Below, piece after piece: positions 8,822 through 18,201 of a stretch of DNA of 64,000 nt (positions are counted from its first letter, which is position 1; every line of letters starts with the position of its first letter). The translations under genes were made by a program, and so were the position numbers. The notes beneath the pieces are model-generated. The model ran no database searches, was not told the origin of the DNA, and saw nothing but the letters and a program-made list of their open reading frames with translations. This DNA is from an uncultured Candidatus Binatia bacterium (GTDB taxonomy: Bacteria > Desulfobacterota > Binatia > UBA9968 > CAXXLF01), in assembly GCA_965218425.1 (NCBI GenBank), contig OZ244621.1, positions 353,368 to 417,367 on the forward strand, written 5' to 3'.

Positions 8822-9895
8822 ATGATTCGAATCAAATCCCTGGAAAAGCACTTCAAGTCTCAGCAAGGATTCGTGAAGGCCTTGCGGGGAATTAGCCTGG
8901 ATGTTGCCGAAGGTGAGTTTTGCGTCCTTTTGGGCCCCAGCGGTTGTGGCAAAACAACCACTCTCCGTTCGGTGGCCGGACTGGAGAAACCCGACGCTGG
9001 CGAAATCGAAATCGACGGCACGGTGGTTTCTTCCCCAGCTCATCGGGTTCATGTCCCTACGGAAAAACGAGACATCGGCATGGTATTCCAGTCCTACGCC
9101 ATATGGCCGCATATGAATGTTTTCAAAAATGTCGCCTTCCCTCTGACGCAAGGCAAGAAGTGGTTTCCCAAAGAAGTCGTTATCGAGAAGGTACACAGGG
9201 CCCTCGGACTCGTACAGCTAAATGGCTTGGAAGACCGCCCGGCTACGGATTTGAGTGGTGGCCAACAGCAGCGCGTGGCCATGGCCAGGGCCATGGTGAC
9301 CGAACCCAAGATACTCCTAATGGACGAGCCTCTCAGCAACTTGGACGCACGTCTCCGAGAACAGATGCGGGTGGAGCTTAAAAAAATTACCAAGGCCATC
9401 GGTGTTACCACCCTCTATGTGACCCACGATCAGGCCGAGGCCCTGAGCTTGGGGGACAATGTCTGTGTGATGAACGAAGGTAATATTCTCCAGGTAGGTC
9501 CCCCGTCCGACATGTACTCACGCCCGACGAATTTGTTCGTTGCCCAATTCGTGGGTGAAATGAATTTTATCAAAGGTAAGGTTACAGGAGACGGACAGGC
9601 AGAATCAGCCATTGGCAAATTGCGCTGCCCTGTACCGCCGAATTGTCAAGCAGGCAAGGAAGTGACATTGGCAATTCGACCCGAGCACCTCATTGTCCAA
9701 CACACCGCCGACCACAATTCCCAGTGCGTGGACGGAACGATTATCGGCAAAACCTATCTCGGAGACACGGCCTTATATGAGGTGGAAATATCCGGAGTCA
9801 CCCTGACCGTTAAACTTCCAGGTGACTCGGAGCTGGCGGTGGGAAATCGGGCCGTAGTCGTTTTGCCCGAAAAGCGCTGGCACGTATACACATAG
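8822..9895 (+). CDS. ABC transporter ATP-binding protein (FbpC/PotA-type with C-terminal TOBE-like domain)
   Basis: Walker A GPSGCGKTT, signature LSGGQQQRVAMARAM, Walker B ILLMDEPLSNLD, and a C-terminal roughly 120-aa regulatory extension. Confidence 0.85.
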   Translation: MIRIKSLEKHFKSQQGFVKALRGISLDVAEGEFCVLLGPSGCGKTTTLRSVAGLEKPDAGEIEIDGTVVSSPAHRVHVPTEKRDIGMVFQSYAIWPHMNVFKNVAFPLTQGKKWFPKEVVIEKVHRALGLVQLNGLEDRPATDLSGGQQQRVAMARAMVTEPKILLMDEPLSNLDARLREQMRVELKKITKAIGVTTLYVTHDQAEALSLGDNVCVMNEGNILQVGPPSDMYSRPTNLFVAQFVGEMNFIKGKVTGDGQAESAIGKLRCPVPPNCQAGKEVTLAIRPEHLIVQHTADHNSQCVDGTIIGKTYLGDTALYEVEISGVTLTVKLPGDSELAVGNRAVVVLPEKRWHVYT

Positions 9896-9907
9896 AATTG
9901 GAGACTT

Positions 9908-10738
9908 CTACGCGGTAAACTCCCACCAGTTCTTGTCCTGATCGCTGAAGATAAAGGATAGATCACCGTTGGCTTGCTCTAGGTCCCAGAGTTCGGTAAT
10001 GCCCATCTTCTTGCCTGCTGTGGCAAACTCACGGTGGGTGTCCTCCACGGCTTCCTTTGATTCGAGCTTTAAAGTGAAACGATTAACCGGTGACAACAAT
10101 TCACGATTGCGACCGGGAAGCACGACGATGTACCAGGGACCGGCAGGATGGCTGATGTAAGTGGAGGTCTTGCCTCCTCCTACGATTTCAAGTCCCAATA
10201 CCTCTCGATAAAATCGATCGCTGGTTTCTTTATCGTCACACTGGAGCGTTCCATGAGAAATGGCTTGGGGGATATAGCCTCGGTTGGGAAATTGCTCCTC
10301 CGTTAGCAAGTGATTCCAATGGGGCGCAGCCACGGTACGGCCATGAGCCGCCGCCTTTGGATTATAGTACTCTATTTCCAAAGTGTTTCCGCCGGGTTCC
10401 TCAAAATAAACGGAATAGGCATAATGGGCTTCACTCGGCTCATAAACCCTCTTGAGCCGATACTTTTCCTTATGGGCTTCGAGATACTTCCAGGCTACGG
10501 GTATCTCCCTGGTATTCGCCACGCGAAAGCCATAGTGGTTGTTGTGGGGCTTATCGGCAACATTTGGGCCACCCTCGTGAACCACCAGCAACCAACCTGT
10601 ATTCGGGTGCTTGATGGTGGCTTCCGTATCTTTGCGCTGGACAATTTCCAGCGCCAAAAGATCGGTGAAAACAGGAAGTGTCTCGTCCAAAGAACGGCAC
10701 TCATAGTGGCCGCGGATCAGCCCAACCGATTTATGCAT
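9908..10738 (-). CDS. two-domain VOC/glyoxalase-family protein (extradiol dioxygenase-like)
   Basis: Two tandem VOC modules, 276 aa. Confidence 0.55.
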   Translation of the reverse strand: MHKSVGLIRGHYECRSLDETLPVFTDLLALEIVQRKDTEATIKHPNTGWLLVVHEGGPNVADKPHNNHYGFRVANTREIPVAWKYLEAHKEKYRLKRVYEPSEAHYAYSVYFEEPGGNTLEIEYYNPKAAAHGRTVAAPHWNHLLTEEQFPNRGYIPQAISHGTLQCDDKETSDRFYREVLGLEIVGGGKTSTYISHPAGPWYIVVLPGRNRELLSPVNRFTLKLESKEAVEDTHREFATAGKKMGITELWDLEQANGDLSFIFSDQDKNWWEFTA

Positions 10739-10947
10739 GGCCTTTCCTTTCTCAAGCCCGTTTAACCATTGCCTGTTTTTTTGCAGGTTAAATCAAACCT
10801 ACAATGTCGTCAAGAGCGGTAAAATAACATTGGCAACTACACCCTCTCGAGCTTCAAGAGGATTGCCGACCCAATTGACACTCCTGGTCGTATTCTGTAG
10901 ACAGATCCTCAGGAACCATGCAAAACCTGAACGCCGAAAGGAAAGGG

Positions 10948-12180
10948 ATGATGGCTCAAACGTCACAAGGCAAATTTAATGTGGGTGGCGTTCTTCTGGA
11001 CCGGCCATTCAAAATCCAACGCTTCGGACACTTCGGATTCAATATCGCACGAATGGAGGAGGCTGTTCCCTTTTACACCGAGCTGTTGGGGTTCCGCATC
11101 TCTGACACCAACGATATGGCCCGGCGAGCCACCCCGGAGCAAGTCGCGGGCCTTGGAGACACCAAAGGGTACTTCATGCGCTATGGCGGAGATCACCATG
11201 CTTTCGTCATCTTTCCCAGACGTGTTCAGGAGGCTCTGGGGAGACACAACCGGTTTGGGCCTAAGGTGACCATCAATCAAATTACATGGCAGGTGCCAAG
11301 TCTCGGTCAGATAGGTGACGCAATCAAATGGTTTGGTGAGAGAAAAATCGAAATTCGACGTTCCGGTCGCGACATGCCAGGTTCCAACTGGCACACTTAT
11401 GTTTACGATCCTGACGGTCACATCAATGAACTGTACTACGGCATGGAGCAGATAGGTTGGAACGGCCACAGCAAGCCTTTACCTATGCACAATCGCAAGT
11501 TCCAGGAAGCGCCCCAGTTACCCCAGATGTCGGAACTGGAGGAGGTACAAAAAGCCCTAGCCGAAGGTGTGGATATTTTATCTGGCTACCGCTATTTGGA
11601 AAAGAACCCACCCACTTACGACGTGGAGGGGATTCTCCTCTCCAGGCCTTTCAAGATCACCCGCCTTGGTCCAGTGAGTTTATTTGTTCAGGATGTCGAC
11701 GCAGCAGAGGTATTTTATCGCGACATACTGGGCTTCATTCCCACCGAGGAAGTGGTTTGGCAGGGACACCGCTGCGTGTTTTTACGTACCAACACCGAGC
11801 ACCATTCGGTGGCACTCTATCCTCTAGCACTGCAAAAGATTCTCGGCCTCAACTCCCAAACCACCTGTATGTCCCTGGGAGTTCAGCTGGGCAGTTACCG
11901 TCAACTGTGTGACGCCGTCAGTTTCTTGCGGGAGCGCAGCGTCCGTGTAATCGATACGATTCCGCCCGAGTTGTTCCCGGGTATAGACTTTTCAGCGCAT
12001 GTGCTAGATCCCGATGGTCACTGCATTCAATTGTATTATTACATGGAACAAGTGGGTTGGGACGGTCGCCCCAGGCCTAAGGAACTGCGTCGAAGGATAG
12101 TCAATGATCAATGGCCCGATGTGCTTGAACCCATGCCGGATACCTACCAGGGAGAACCATTTTTGGGACCTTGGGGTTAG
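10948..12180 (+). CDS. VOC-family extradiol ring-cleavage dioxygenase-like protein (two VOC pairs, about 410 aa)
   Basis: HFGFNIARMEEAVPFYTELLGFRISD...HHAFVIFP and LGPVSLFVQDVDAAEVFYRDILGF...HHSVALYP repeat the type I extradiol dioxygenase architecture. Divergent from the 9908-10738 gene. Start taken at ATGATG 10948 (the ORF is open from 10918). Confidence 0.55.
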   Translation: MMAQTSQGKFNVGGVLLDRPFKIQRFGHFGFNIARMEEAVPFYTELLGFRISDTNDMARRATPEQVAGLGDTKGYFMRYGGDHHAFVIFPRRVQEALGRHNRFGPKVTINQITWQVPSLGQIGDAIKWFGERKIEIRRSGRDMPGSNWHTYVYDPDGHINELYYGMEQIGWNGHSKPLPMHNRKFQEAPQLPQMSELEEVQKALAEGVDILSGYRYLEKNPPTYDVEGILLSRPFKITRLGPVSLFVQDVDAAEVFYRDILGFIPTEEVVWQGHRCVFLRTNTEHHSVALYPLALQKILGLNSQTTCMSLGVQLGSYRQLCDAVSFLRERSVRVIDTIPPELFPGIDFSAHVLDPDGHCIQLYYYMEQVGWDGRPRPKELRRRIVNDQWPDVLEPMPDTYQGEPFLGPWG

Positions 12181-12440
12181 CCAATGATATCGAGGGCTTC
12201 ACAATCCCTTCGAGATCATTGGCCATTGCGTTTAAAACTCTTGCCAATTGACTCGCTTTAAGGAAGTTTCCTTTGCCTGCTATTGCATCCCATGCAACCG
12301 TCAACAACTCGGAAAACTCGAAGGGTCTGATCAAATAACCCACCACCGCAAGCTTCATTGACTGGACTGCGAAATAGTGAAGGATAGCCTGTCACTGCAA
12401 TGACACGGAATTTGTATCTACGCGTAATGCCTTATTCTCA

Positions 12441-13224
12441 ACCATGTCCATCTCCTGGTCCAGACAAGCTCCCCTCCCTTATCCAGATTCATGCAAGGGC
12501 TTCAGCGATTATATACGCAATATTTCAACCGGACCCACCGAAAAGCCGGCCATGTATTTTAAGGACGCTATAAAGCTATCGTATGCAGTAGGAATGAGTA
12601 TTTACCGGCACTGGTGCGTTTCATTCATTAAAATCCGGTCAGAGCAAAAATGGTACGCAAAGCAGAAGATTATCCTTTACAGCGGGCATAAGAGTTATGC
12701 CAAAGGCCGGGACCGAGGTGGTCGATCCCCGGCTGGTATTAGAGATGCTTGGGGGACGGGGGGCATACAGGAGGTTTGTGGATCAAGAAGCCGGCGAAGG
12801 GCACAGGGAGGAGTGCTACCGGGTTGAGGATCAGCGTTTTTTAGGATCAACGGAATTTGGCGAAAGACTAGAAGGAGGAAAATAATGGTAAGCCTACGCG
12901 GCCATCGAAAGAAATGTTTCGGAAGGTTGCGCGCATGGTGTAGGAATAGAACCAAAGGTGCTTGGGGGAGCGGACCGGGCGTGGGGAGCATCTAAAATAC
13001 GAGCGTTGGTGGGTTACGTTATGATTCGGCGGATGGGATACAGCCTAAGGGAGGTTTCGTCGTGTTTGGGTCGGGATGTTGCCACGGTGAGCTCGTTGAT
13101 TCCACGGTTCTCGGTACGTATGACCAAAGATGCAGAGCTCAGGAAACAAGCAGGACGAATCATTAAGATTGTCTACAATCCTAAGCCTGAACATCCCGCT
13201 GGAAATTTCAAGCAGACGACCTAA
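12441..13224 (+). pseudogene. Y1 (IS200/IS605-like, RayT-type) transposase fused to a DnaA_C-like HTH; 5'-truncated with at least three frameshifts
   Basis: One frame reads LNHVHLLVQTSSPPLSRFMQGLQRLYTQYFNRTHRKAGHVF*, the Y1 transposase core (DNHYHLLVET...YTQYFNRRHGR.GHLFQGRF). The next frames read FKDAIKLSYAVGMSIYRH, then ...VVDPRLVLEMLGGRGAYRRFVDQEAGEGHREECYRVEDQRFLGSTEFGERLEG, then a DnaA C-terminal-like HTH ASKIRALVGYVMIRRMGYSLREVSSCLGRDVATVSSLI. There is a stop immediately upstream and no HUH N-terminus. Confidence 0.7.
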
Positions 13225-13258
13225 TCTCTACGGGCTCTGTTTGACAAATGTTTTGTTC

Positions 13259-13465
13259 TTAGCTGTTCGCTGATATTTTCGGCCTCCGTATTTGCCTTTT
13301 AAGCGATGATCTCGATCTGACCTTGGCTTGGGTACCCCCCTTTGCAGAGCGAAGTTGGTACTCTCGTTTTTCTTTGAGCATCTTGTAGATAATCCGACTC
13401 GGGTGTCGCCCTAGAGCTCGAATCGCCTGATTGTGCCTTTTACCCTGGGCTCGTTTCTTTTCATT
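13259..13465 (-). pseudogene. IS110-family transposase C-terminal fragment (about 69 aa), truncated at the IS3 insertion
   Basis: KKRAQGKRHNQAIRALGRHPSRIIYKMLKEKREY matches the conserved C-terminal helix of IS110/IS902 transposases. The listed ORF continues into the IS3 element only by coincidence. Confidence 0.5.
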
Positions 13466-13531
13466 GACCTTGCCCCCTAAAACGAGTCCAGGTGAAATGT
13501 TAGGGATTTTGATTTTAGGAAGGAGGCAAGG

Positions 13532-13810
13532 ATGGCAAGAAAGCGATTTACGGCCGAGCAGATTATCCTCAAGCTGCGTGAGGCGGAGGTGAGCTTGGCC
13601 CAAGGGAAGGCGGTGGGCCAGGTGTGCAAGCAGGTGGGGGTAACCGTGCAGACCTACTACCGGTGGAGGAAGGAATATGGAGGCCTGAAGATGGATCAGG
13701 CCAAGAGGCTCAAGGCCTTGGACAAGGAGAATGCGCGGTTGAAGAAGGTGGTGGCGGATCTATCGCTGGACAACCAGATCCTGAAGGAAGTGTCCTCGGG
13801 AAACTTCTAG
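13532..13810 (+). CDS. IS3-family transposase OrfA (HTH/leucine-zipper)
   Basis: [20 protein letters not shown]...TYYRWRKEY...[17 protein letters not shown] is the typical IS3 OrfA. RBS ggaaggagg upstream. Confidence 0.8.
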   Translation: MARKRFTAEQIILKLREAEVSLAQGKAVGQVCKQVGVTVQTYYRWRKEYGGLKMDQAKRLKALDKENARLKKVVADLSLDNQILKEVSSGNF

Positions 13811-14703
13811 GCCCGGCGAAGAGGAGACGAGCGGTGATATGGGCCAGAGAAAGATTGGGACCTGATCGAGTCTCCGAACGCCGGGCTTGCCAAGTGTTGG
13901 GACAGCCGCGATCGACGCAACGAAGAGTCCGAGAGATCCCGGAAGAGGAAGCAAGACTAGTGGCTCGGATGATGGAGCTGGCCAGCGAATACGGGCGATA
14001 CGGCTACCGGAGGATTACGGCCATGCTGCGTGGGGAGGGGTGGAAGGTCAACCACAAGCGAGTGGAGAGGCTCTGGAGGCAGGAAGGGCTGAAAGTCCTC
14101 AGCCGTCAGCCTAAGCGAGGGAGGCTCCGGTTGACTGATGGCTCCTGCATTCGCCTGAGACCGGCGCATCGAAACCATGTGTGGAGTTATGACTTCGTGC
14201 ACGAGCGAACCGAAGACGGTCGGGCCTTTCGGCTGTTGAGCATCCTGGATGAATACACCCGGGAGTGCTTGGCGATTGATGTGGCCAGACGGATGAATCA
14301 CCGGGATGTGCTGGAACGGTTAGCGGAGCTATTCGTGGAACGGGGCGTGCCGCAGTCCCTTCGGTCCGACAATGGCCCCGAGTTTACGGCTCAGGCTATC
14401 CGGGACTGGCTCAAGGCCATTGGTGTCAGGACACTCTACATCGAGCCTGGCAGTCCTTGGGAGAATGGCTACGTGGAGAGTTTTAACGGAAAACTCAGGG
14501 ATGAGCTGCTCAACCGGGAGGTGTTTGAAACCCTGAGGGAAGCTCAGGTGCTGATCGAAAGATGGAGAAGAGAGTATAACCAGCGGCGGCCTCACAGCGC
14601 CCTGGGCTATCGTTCTCCGGCACCGGAGGCCTTTCTGCCCAGAGCGCAGGCTGGGAATTCATCCCCATGGGCTGGACTCCAGATAATTCCGGCTCTAACT
14701 TAA
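13624..14703 (+). CDS. IS3-family transposase OrfB (rve/DDE integrase core), expressed as an OrfAB fusion by -1 frameshift
   Basis: [31 protein letters not shown]...HVWSYDFVH...[49 protein letters not shown]...[15 protein letters not shown]. The frame is open back through the orfA overlap. No clean A6G slippery heptamer seen. Confidence 0.8.
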   Translation: MQAGGGNRADLLPVEEGIWRPEDGSGQEAQGLGQGECAVEEGGGGSIAGQPDPEGSVLGKLLGPAKRRRAVIWARERLGPDRVSERRACQVLGQPRSTQRRVREIPEEEARLVARMMELASEYGRYGYRRITAMLRGEGWKVNHKRVERLWRQEGLKVLSRQPKRGRLRLTDGSCIRLRPAHRNHVWSYDFVHERTEDGRAFRLLSILDEYTRECLAIDVARRMNHRDVLERLAELFVERGVPQSLRSDNGPEFTAQAIRDWLKAIGVRTLYIEPGSPWENGYVESFNGKLRDELLNREVFETLREAQVLIERWRREYNQRRPHSALGYRSPAPEAFLPRAQAGNSSPWAGLQIIPALT

Positions 14704-14782
14704 AGGGTGGTACCACTCCTGGGGGCAGGTCAATGGGAGATCCCGACTATGGAATCCCGCTCCATCCCTTGATGGACCCGCA

Positions 14783-15472
14783 ATGAACCCCGCCGAAATC
14801 CGCAGGAACCTCGAAATCGTCTCAACGGTCGTGACTCAGCATGCCGGAAATGGCAAACCTCTGAAGAACGTTGCAACGGAACCGTACAGGATCTTTGAGA
14901 ACATCCGCTATGAAGCCATCTCTGAAGTGGGCCGTGATGCGTTTGTGAGGGCCATGTCTCAGGCCGCAAACGAGCTTTTTCTTTCCATTCCAACCCTTGA
15001 TTTTAAGACCGTACTTCAGGCCTCATCCAAACTTATCGGCTTGGGCCCCGGGCTTACGCCTTCAGGCGAGGACGTCCTGGCAGGCGTCATGGCAGCGGGA
15101 ACCTTTTTTGGCCTGGCCCATGAGTCCCTGAGATCCGAGGTCGAAAGGGTAAACTCGACCATCGTCTCACTTGCGCCGGGTCGAACCACCACATACGCCC
15201 AGGTTCTCCTGACCGATGCCAACAGGGGTGAGGTGGTTCGGCCTCTAAGTCAACTTCTACGAACAATCCTGTGCGCAGACCAAGTTGCGTCTGTTGTCTC
15301 ACTGGCTCGTCAAGTCATGGTCATAGGGGAATCCTCCGGCAAAGATACATTGGCAGGAACTCTTATCGGCATGGAAGCGCTGCTGAGGCTAGCAGAAAGG
15401 ATGAATGCGAATCAAGACGGATTGGGGCTGAATCGCTCACAGCGTAAATCAAGGATGTTAAGGTATCTATGA
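14783..15472 (+). CDS. hypothetical protein (229 aa) translationally coupled to the TauE/SafE gene
   Basis: Contains GLGPGLTPSGEDVLAGVMAAG. No confident family. Its stop overlaps the start of the next gene by 4 nt. Confidence 0.4.
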   Translation: MNPAEIRRNLEIVSTVVTQHAGNGKPLKNVATEPYRIFENIRYEAISEVGRDAFVRAMSQAANELFLSIPTLDFKTVLQASSKLIGLGPGLTPSGEDVLAGVMAAGTFFGLAHESLRSEVERVNSTIVSLAPGRTTTYAQVLLTDANRGEVVRPLSQLLRTILCADQVASVVSLARQVMVIGESSGKDTLAGTLIGMEALLRLAERMNANQDGLGLNRSQRKSRMLRYL

Positions 15473-16581
15473 GATTAATGGGCAAAGAGAAAACGGTAGG
15501 ACGTGAGTTTCTTACAGAACAACTTCCTTTGATCGTGATTACATTCGGCCTCGGTATAGCTCTGAGTTACGTCCAGCATGGATTTCTCATCGGCGGCTCT
15601 CGTGGTGTCCCCCTTGCCGGAAATGATATCTATGTACCCATCTGGCACCTTCTTTGGATGGGGCTTTGGACCGGATACGCGATGGGAGTCGTAGGGGAGG
15701 CGACGGGCATCTTCTCTCTTCCCTACTCCATGTCTATACTGCAATTTAACAGCGTACACATAAGTCCGACGGATCTTGTGGTCACGTTCTTAAATCCGTT
15801 CGGCGCTCTGTTCGGGTTTCGAAGGGAGAAACAGTGGAACCTGGACCTTGCCATTTGGCTCTGTATAGGTGCGGCCGTTGGGGCCCAGATAGGGCCCTTT
15901 CTACGGGTGCATTATCTCTCCGATCCCGTTCCCTTCAAGGCTGCGGTCGGTCTCGCGCTCCTATTTTTGGGAGGCCATCTGATATATGAAGCAACACCGC
16001 GACATATAAAGTCCATGCCTTCCAAGCAGAGACTCGAGGAGAAGTTTGCCTTGGAGGTCGAGCAACGTCTGAAAAATAATCAGCTCCCCTCTGGATTGCC
16101 CGAGGACATCAGGATACACACCGTGGAGAAAAACTTCCGTGTCATCACCATAGAGTTCTGGGGCGAAAGGTGGACTCTCTCCGTACCCATTCTATTGGGA
16201 ATCGGCCTGGGGGTGGGCATTGTGGCATCTACCTTCGGGGTTGGCGGCGGGTTTCTGTTAGTCTCGATATTGACGACGTTTTTCCACCTCCCCATGTACG
16301 TGCTGGTGGCGGCGACCATACCGTTCGTTATCACCCTATCCGCCATGGGACTTATATCCTATACCCTGACCGTCCCCCTGCTGAGTGGAAATTATGTGGC
16401 CCCGGAGTGGGCCTGGGGTTTCTTCGTTGCCAGCGCAGCAATATGCGGCTCTTGGGCGGCTTCCAAGACTCAGAAATTCGTGCCGGAAAAGTCCTTGAAA
16501 GTAATGCTCGGAGTCCTGACCGGCGCAATAGGTTTAATCTACTTGTTAAACTATCTGACAGGCCTGCCGTTTAAAGTCTGA
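15469..16581 (+). CDS. TauE/SafE (DUF81) family anion/sulfite exporter with a roughly 90-aa soluble insert between the two 4-TM repeats
   Basis: Two halves each with the G-rich motif (GVGGGFLLVSILT...). The central hydrophilic segment KSMPSKQRLEEKFALEVEQRLKNNQLP...RVITIEFWGERW is not typical of this family. Confidence 0.65.
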   Translation: MRLMGKEKTVGREFLTEQLPLIVITFGLGIALSYVQHGFLIGGSRGVPLAGNDIYVPIWHLLWMGLWTGYAMGVVGEATGIFSLPYSMSILQFNSVHISPTDLVVTFLNPFGALFGFRREKQWNLDLAIWLCIGAAVGAQIGPFLRVHYLSDPVPFKAAVGLALLFLGGHLIYEATPRHIKSMPSKQRLEEKFALEVEQRLKNNQLPSGLPEDIRIHTVEKNFRVITIEFWGERWTLSVPILLGIGLGVGIVASTFGVGGGFLLVSILTTFFHLPMYVLVAATIPFVITLSAMGLISYTLTVPLLSGNYVAPEWAWGFFVASAAICGSWAASKTQKFVPEKSLKVMLGVLTGAIGLIYLLNYLTGLPFKV

Positions 16582-16957
16582 GATACAAGGTTGTAGGAAT
16601 GGCTAAGTATGATAAGAACATTTTAAGAAGCATATTTTTTGCGGCACTCCCACTCCTTCCCTTTCTCTTCCTGATACTCGCGACAATTGTAGCTATCATT
16701 CATGTGAAGTTTTATTGGCTTTAGAAAAGGGGCCGCTCTTCCTCGCTACTTTTGGGATTCACCGACTCGGGCTGTGGTTCCGGGACCCTAGACCCCGGGA
16801 TCAAGGTTTCAATCGTCCCGCAGCTCAAGAAAACGGCTAATGCAACCTAGGATAACGCACTACCGGCACATTAGCACCGGCGTAACACAAATTTAACATT
16901 GAACTGACATCAGGAGTTGTCCAACCATCTGGCTATCAGAGCCCTTGTTGTATTTCT

Positions 16958-17836
16958 CTATCGCCCGGTTTTCGAAGCACAAAATCGTGTCCAAAGGCCT
17001 CGAAGCATCAGCACGGGGAGCACGACCATAATTCCCACAAACAGAAACGCACAACTTTCTGCGAAATGGAAAATTCTTGCTTCTAAGGCAACTCTTCCAC
17101 CGAATCTGCTCAAATAATCGCTGGCCAGCCTCCTTGCTAGATCCAGTTCAGATTCCTCCATCACTTGTTCTAAGATTCGAACTGCCCTAGCAGCTGTTCT
17201 CCAGTCCGTGACGGCGTCGCGTTTCGATGTGGTTGTCATGGACGGGTTTAGATCGGGTCTCGCCGCCACCGCAAACCAACCGTAGGCCTGAACATAATCA
17301 AGGGAGACACTCGCTCCATTTGCGAATAGGGCACCTAAACGGTACTGAGCCCCGGGATCGCCGGCTTTCGCAAGCCTCCTCTCCCGAGGAATCTTTTCCT
17401 TTGGGGGAACGATCCTCTTTCCCCAAACAAAGTCCCTATAAACCGGTGCGCTGATCCCCAGCGCGTCACCACGATGTGGATGGCCGGCTTGGATAGCAAG
17501 CTTGTACCACTTGACCCCTTGCGCCTCATCACCAAGAAATTCCATTAAATAGTAACATCTCTTCATGGCGGCCTCGGGATTGCCCTGTTCGGCGGCTAGG
17601 CGAAGCCACCTTAGTGTTTCCTCGACATCGTCTTTGCCCAAGAGCTCTGCCAATCGCATCTGCGCTCGTACATGGCTTTGCTCGGCGGCTTTTCTCAACC
17701 ACTTAATGGCCTCATCCATGTCCGCCTGGGCAATCTCGTTTCCTCCATCCTCAGGCCAATATCTGTTGGCTAATGCGAATTGGGCGCTCGGATCTCCACC
17801 TTCTGCTTGGGCTCTAAGGGTTGATCGTTCGGCCAT
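16958..17836 (-). CDS. Sel1-like/TPR repeat protein
   Basis: Repeated about 36-aa units such as AQFALANRYW...GNEIAQADMDEAIKWLRKAAEQSHVRAQMRLAELL. Confidence 0.6.
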   Translation of the reverse strand: MAERSTLRAQAEGGDPSAQFALANRYWPEDGGNEIAQADMDEAIKWLRKAAEQSHVRAQMRLAELLGKDDVEETLRWLRLAAEQGNPEAAMKRCYYLMEFLGDEAQGVKWYKLAIQAGHPHRGDALGISAPVYRDFVWGKRIVPPKEKIPRERRLAKAGDPGAQYRLGALFANGASVSLDYVQAYGWFAVAARPDLNPSMTTTSKRDAVTDWRTAARAVRILEQVMEESELDLARRLASDYLSRFGGRVALEARIFHFAESCAFLFVGIMVVLPVLMLRGLWTRFCASKTGR

Positions 17837-18127
17837 GGTCTAAACCAAATCGGTTAGATTCCCGACGTGAATTTCTATAAGACTTATCAGGACAAAGACA
17901 GCAGGTATTACCAACAGAGTGTACATACCAAGGTCCCAGCCCGGGACTATTTTCCTCTCCGGGAACGTGGGGTTCGTTTTACCACCCCGGGCAAAGGAGC
18001 GGATTCGAGGATAACGTGGAAAATCAAAGCCTCACAGATTCCGTCCAAAGATTTGTCGTGGAGGCATTTTAGAAACATCGAACCTGCTGGGAATTGAGCT
18101 ATGGCAGGTAACTAGCTCTAAATTAAA

Positions 18128-18201
18128 TGCCCCCGACCGGATTCGAACCGATGGCCCCAGGATTAGGAATCCTGTGCTCTATCCTCCTGAGCTACGGGGG
18201 C
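18128..18201 (-). tRNA. tRNA-Arg (anticodon CCU)
   Basis: The reverse complement folds as a 74-nt cloverleaf GCCCCCG-TA-GCTC-AGGAGGATA-GAGC-A-CAGGA-TTCCTAA-TCCTG-GGGCC-ATCGG-TTCGAAT-CCGGT-CGGGGGC-A. CCA not encoded. Confidence 0.85.

Larger units (their letters stand above)
13466..14733 (+). mobile_element. IS3-family insertion sequence (about 1.27 kb), apparently intact, with imperfect terminal inverted repeats TGACCTTGCCCCC...GGGGGCAGGTCA
   Basis: The left end cattgaccttgccccctaaaacgagtccagg (13462-13492) matches the reverse complement of the right end ...cctgggggcaggtcaatg (14718-14735). TG...CA termini. orfA and orfB overlap in the -1 frame as expected for programmed frameshifting. Confidence 0.75.

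Noticed and set aside
12101-12358. 85-aa minus-strand ORF at the end of the VOC gene
   Set aside because: It overlaps the 3' end of the 10948-12180 CDS and has no family resemblance or RBS.
13259-13603. Minus-strand 114-aa ORF spanning the IS110 fragment and the IS3 left end
   Set aside because: Only the distal 69 aa resemble the IS110 transposase C-terminus. The N-terminal 46 aa are read-through into the IS3 inverted-repeat/orfA-upstream region and are coincidental.
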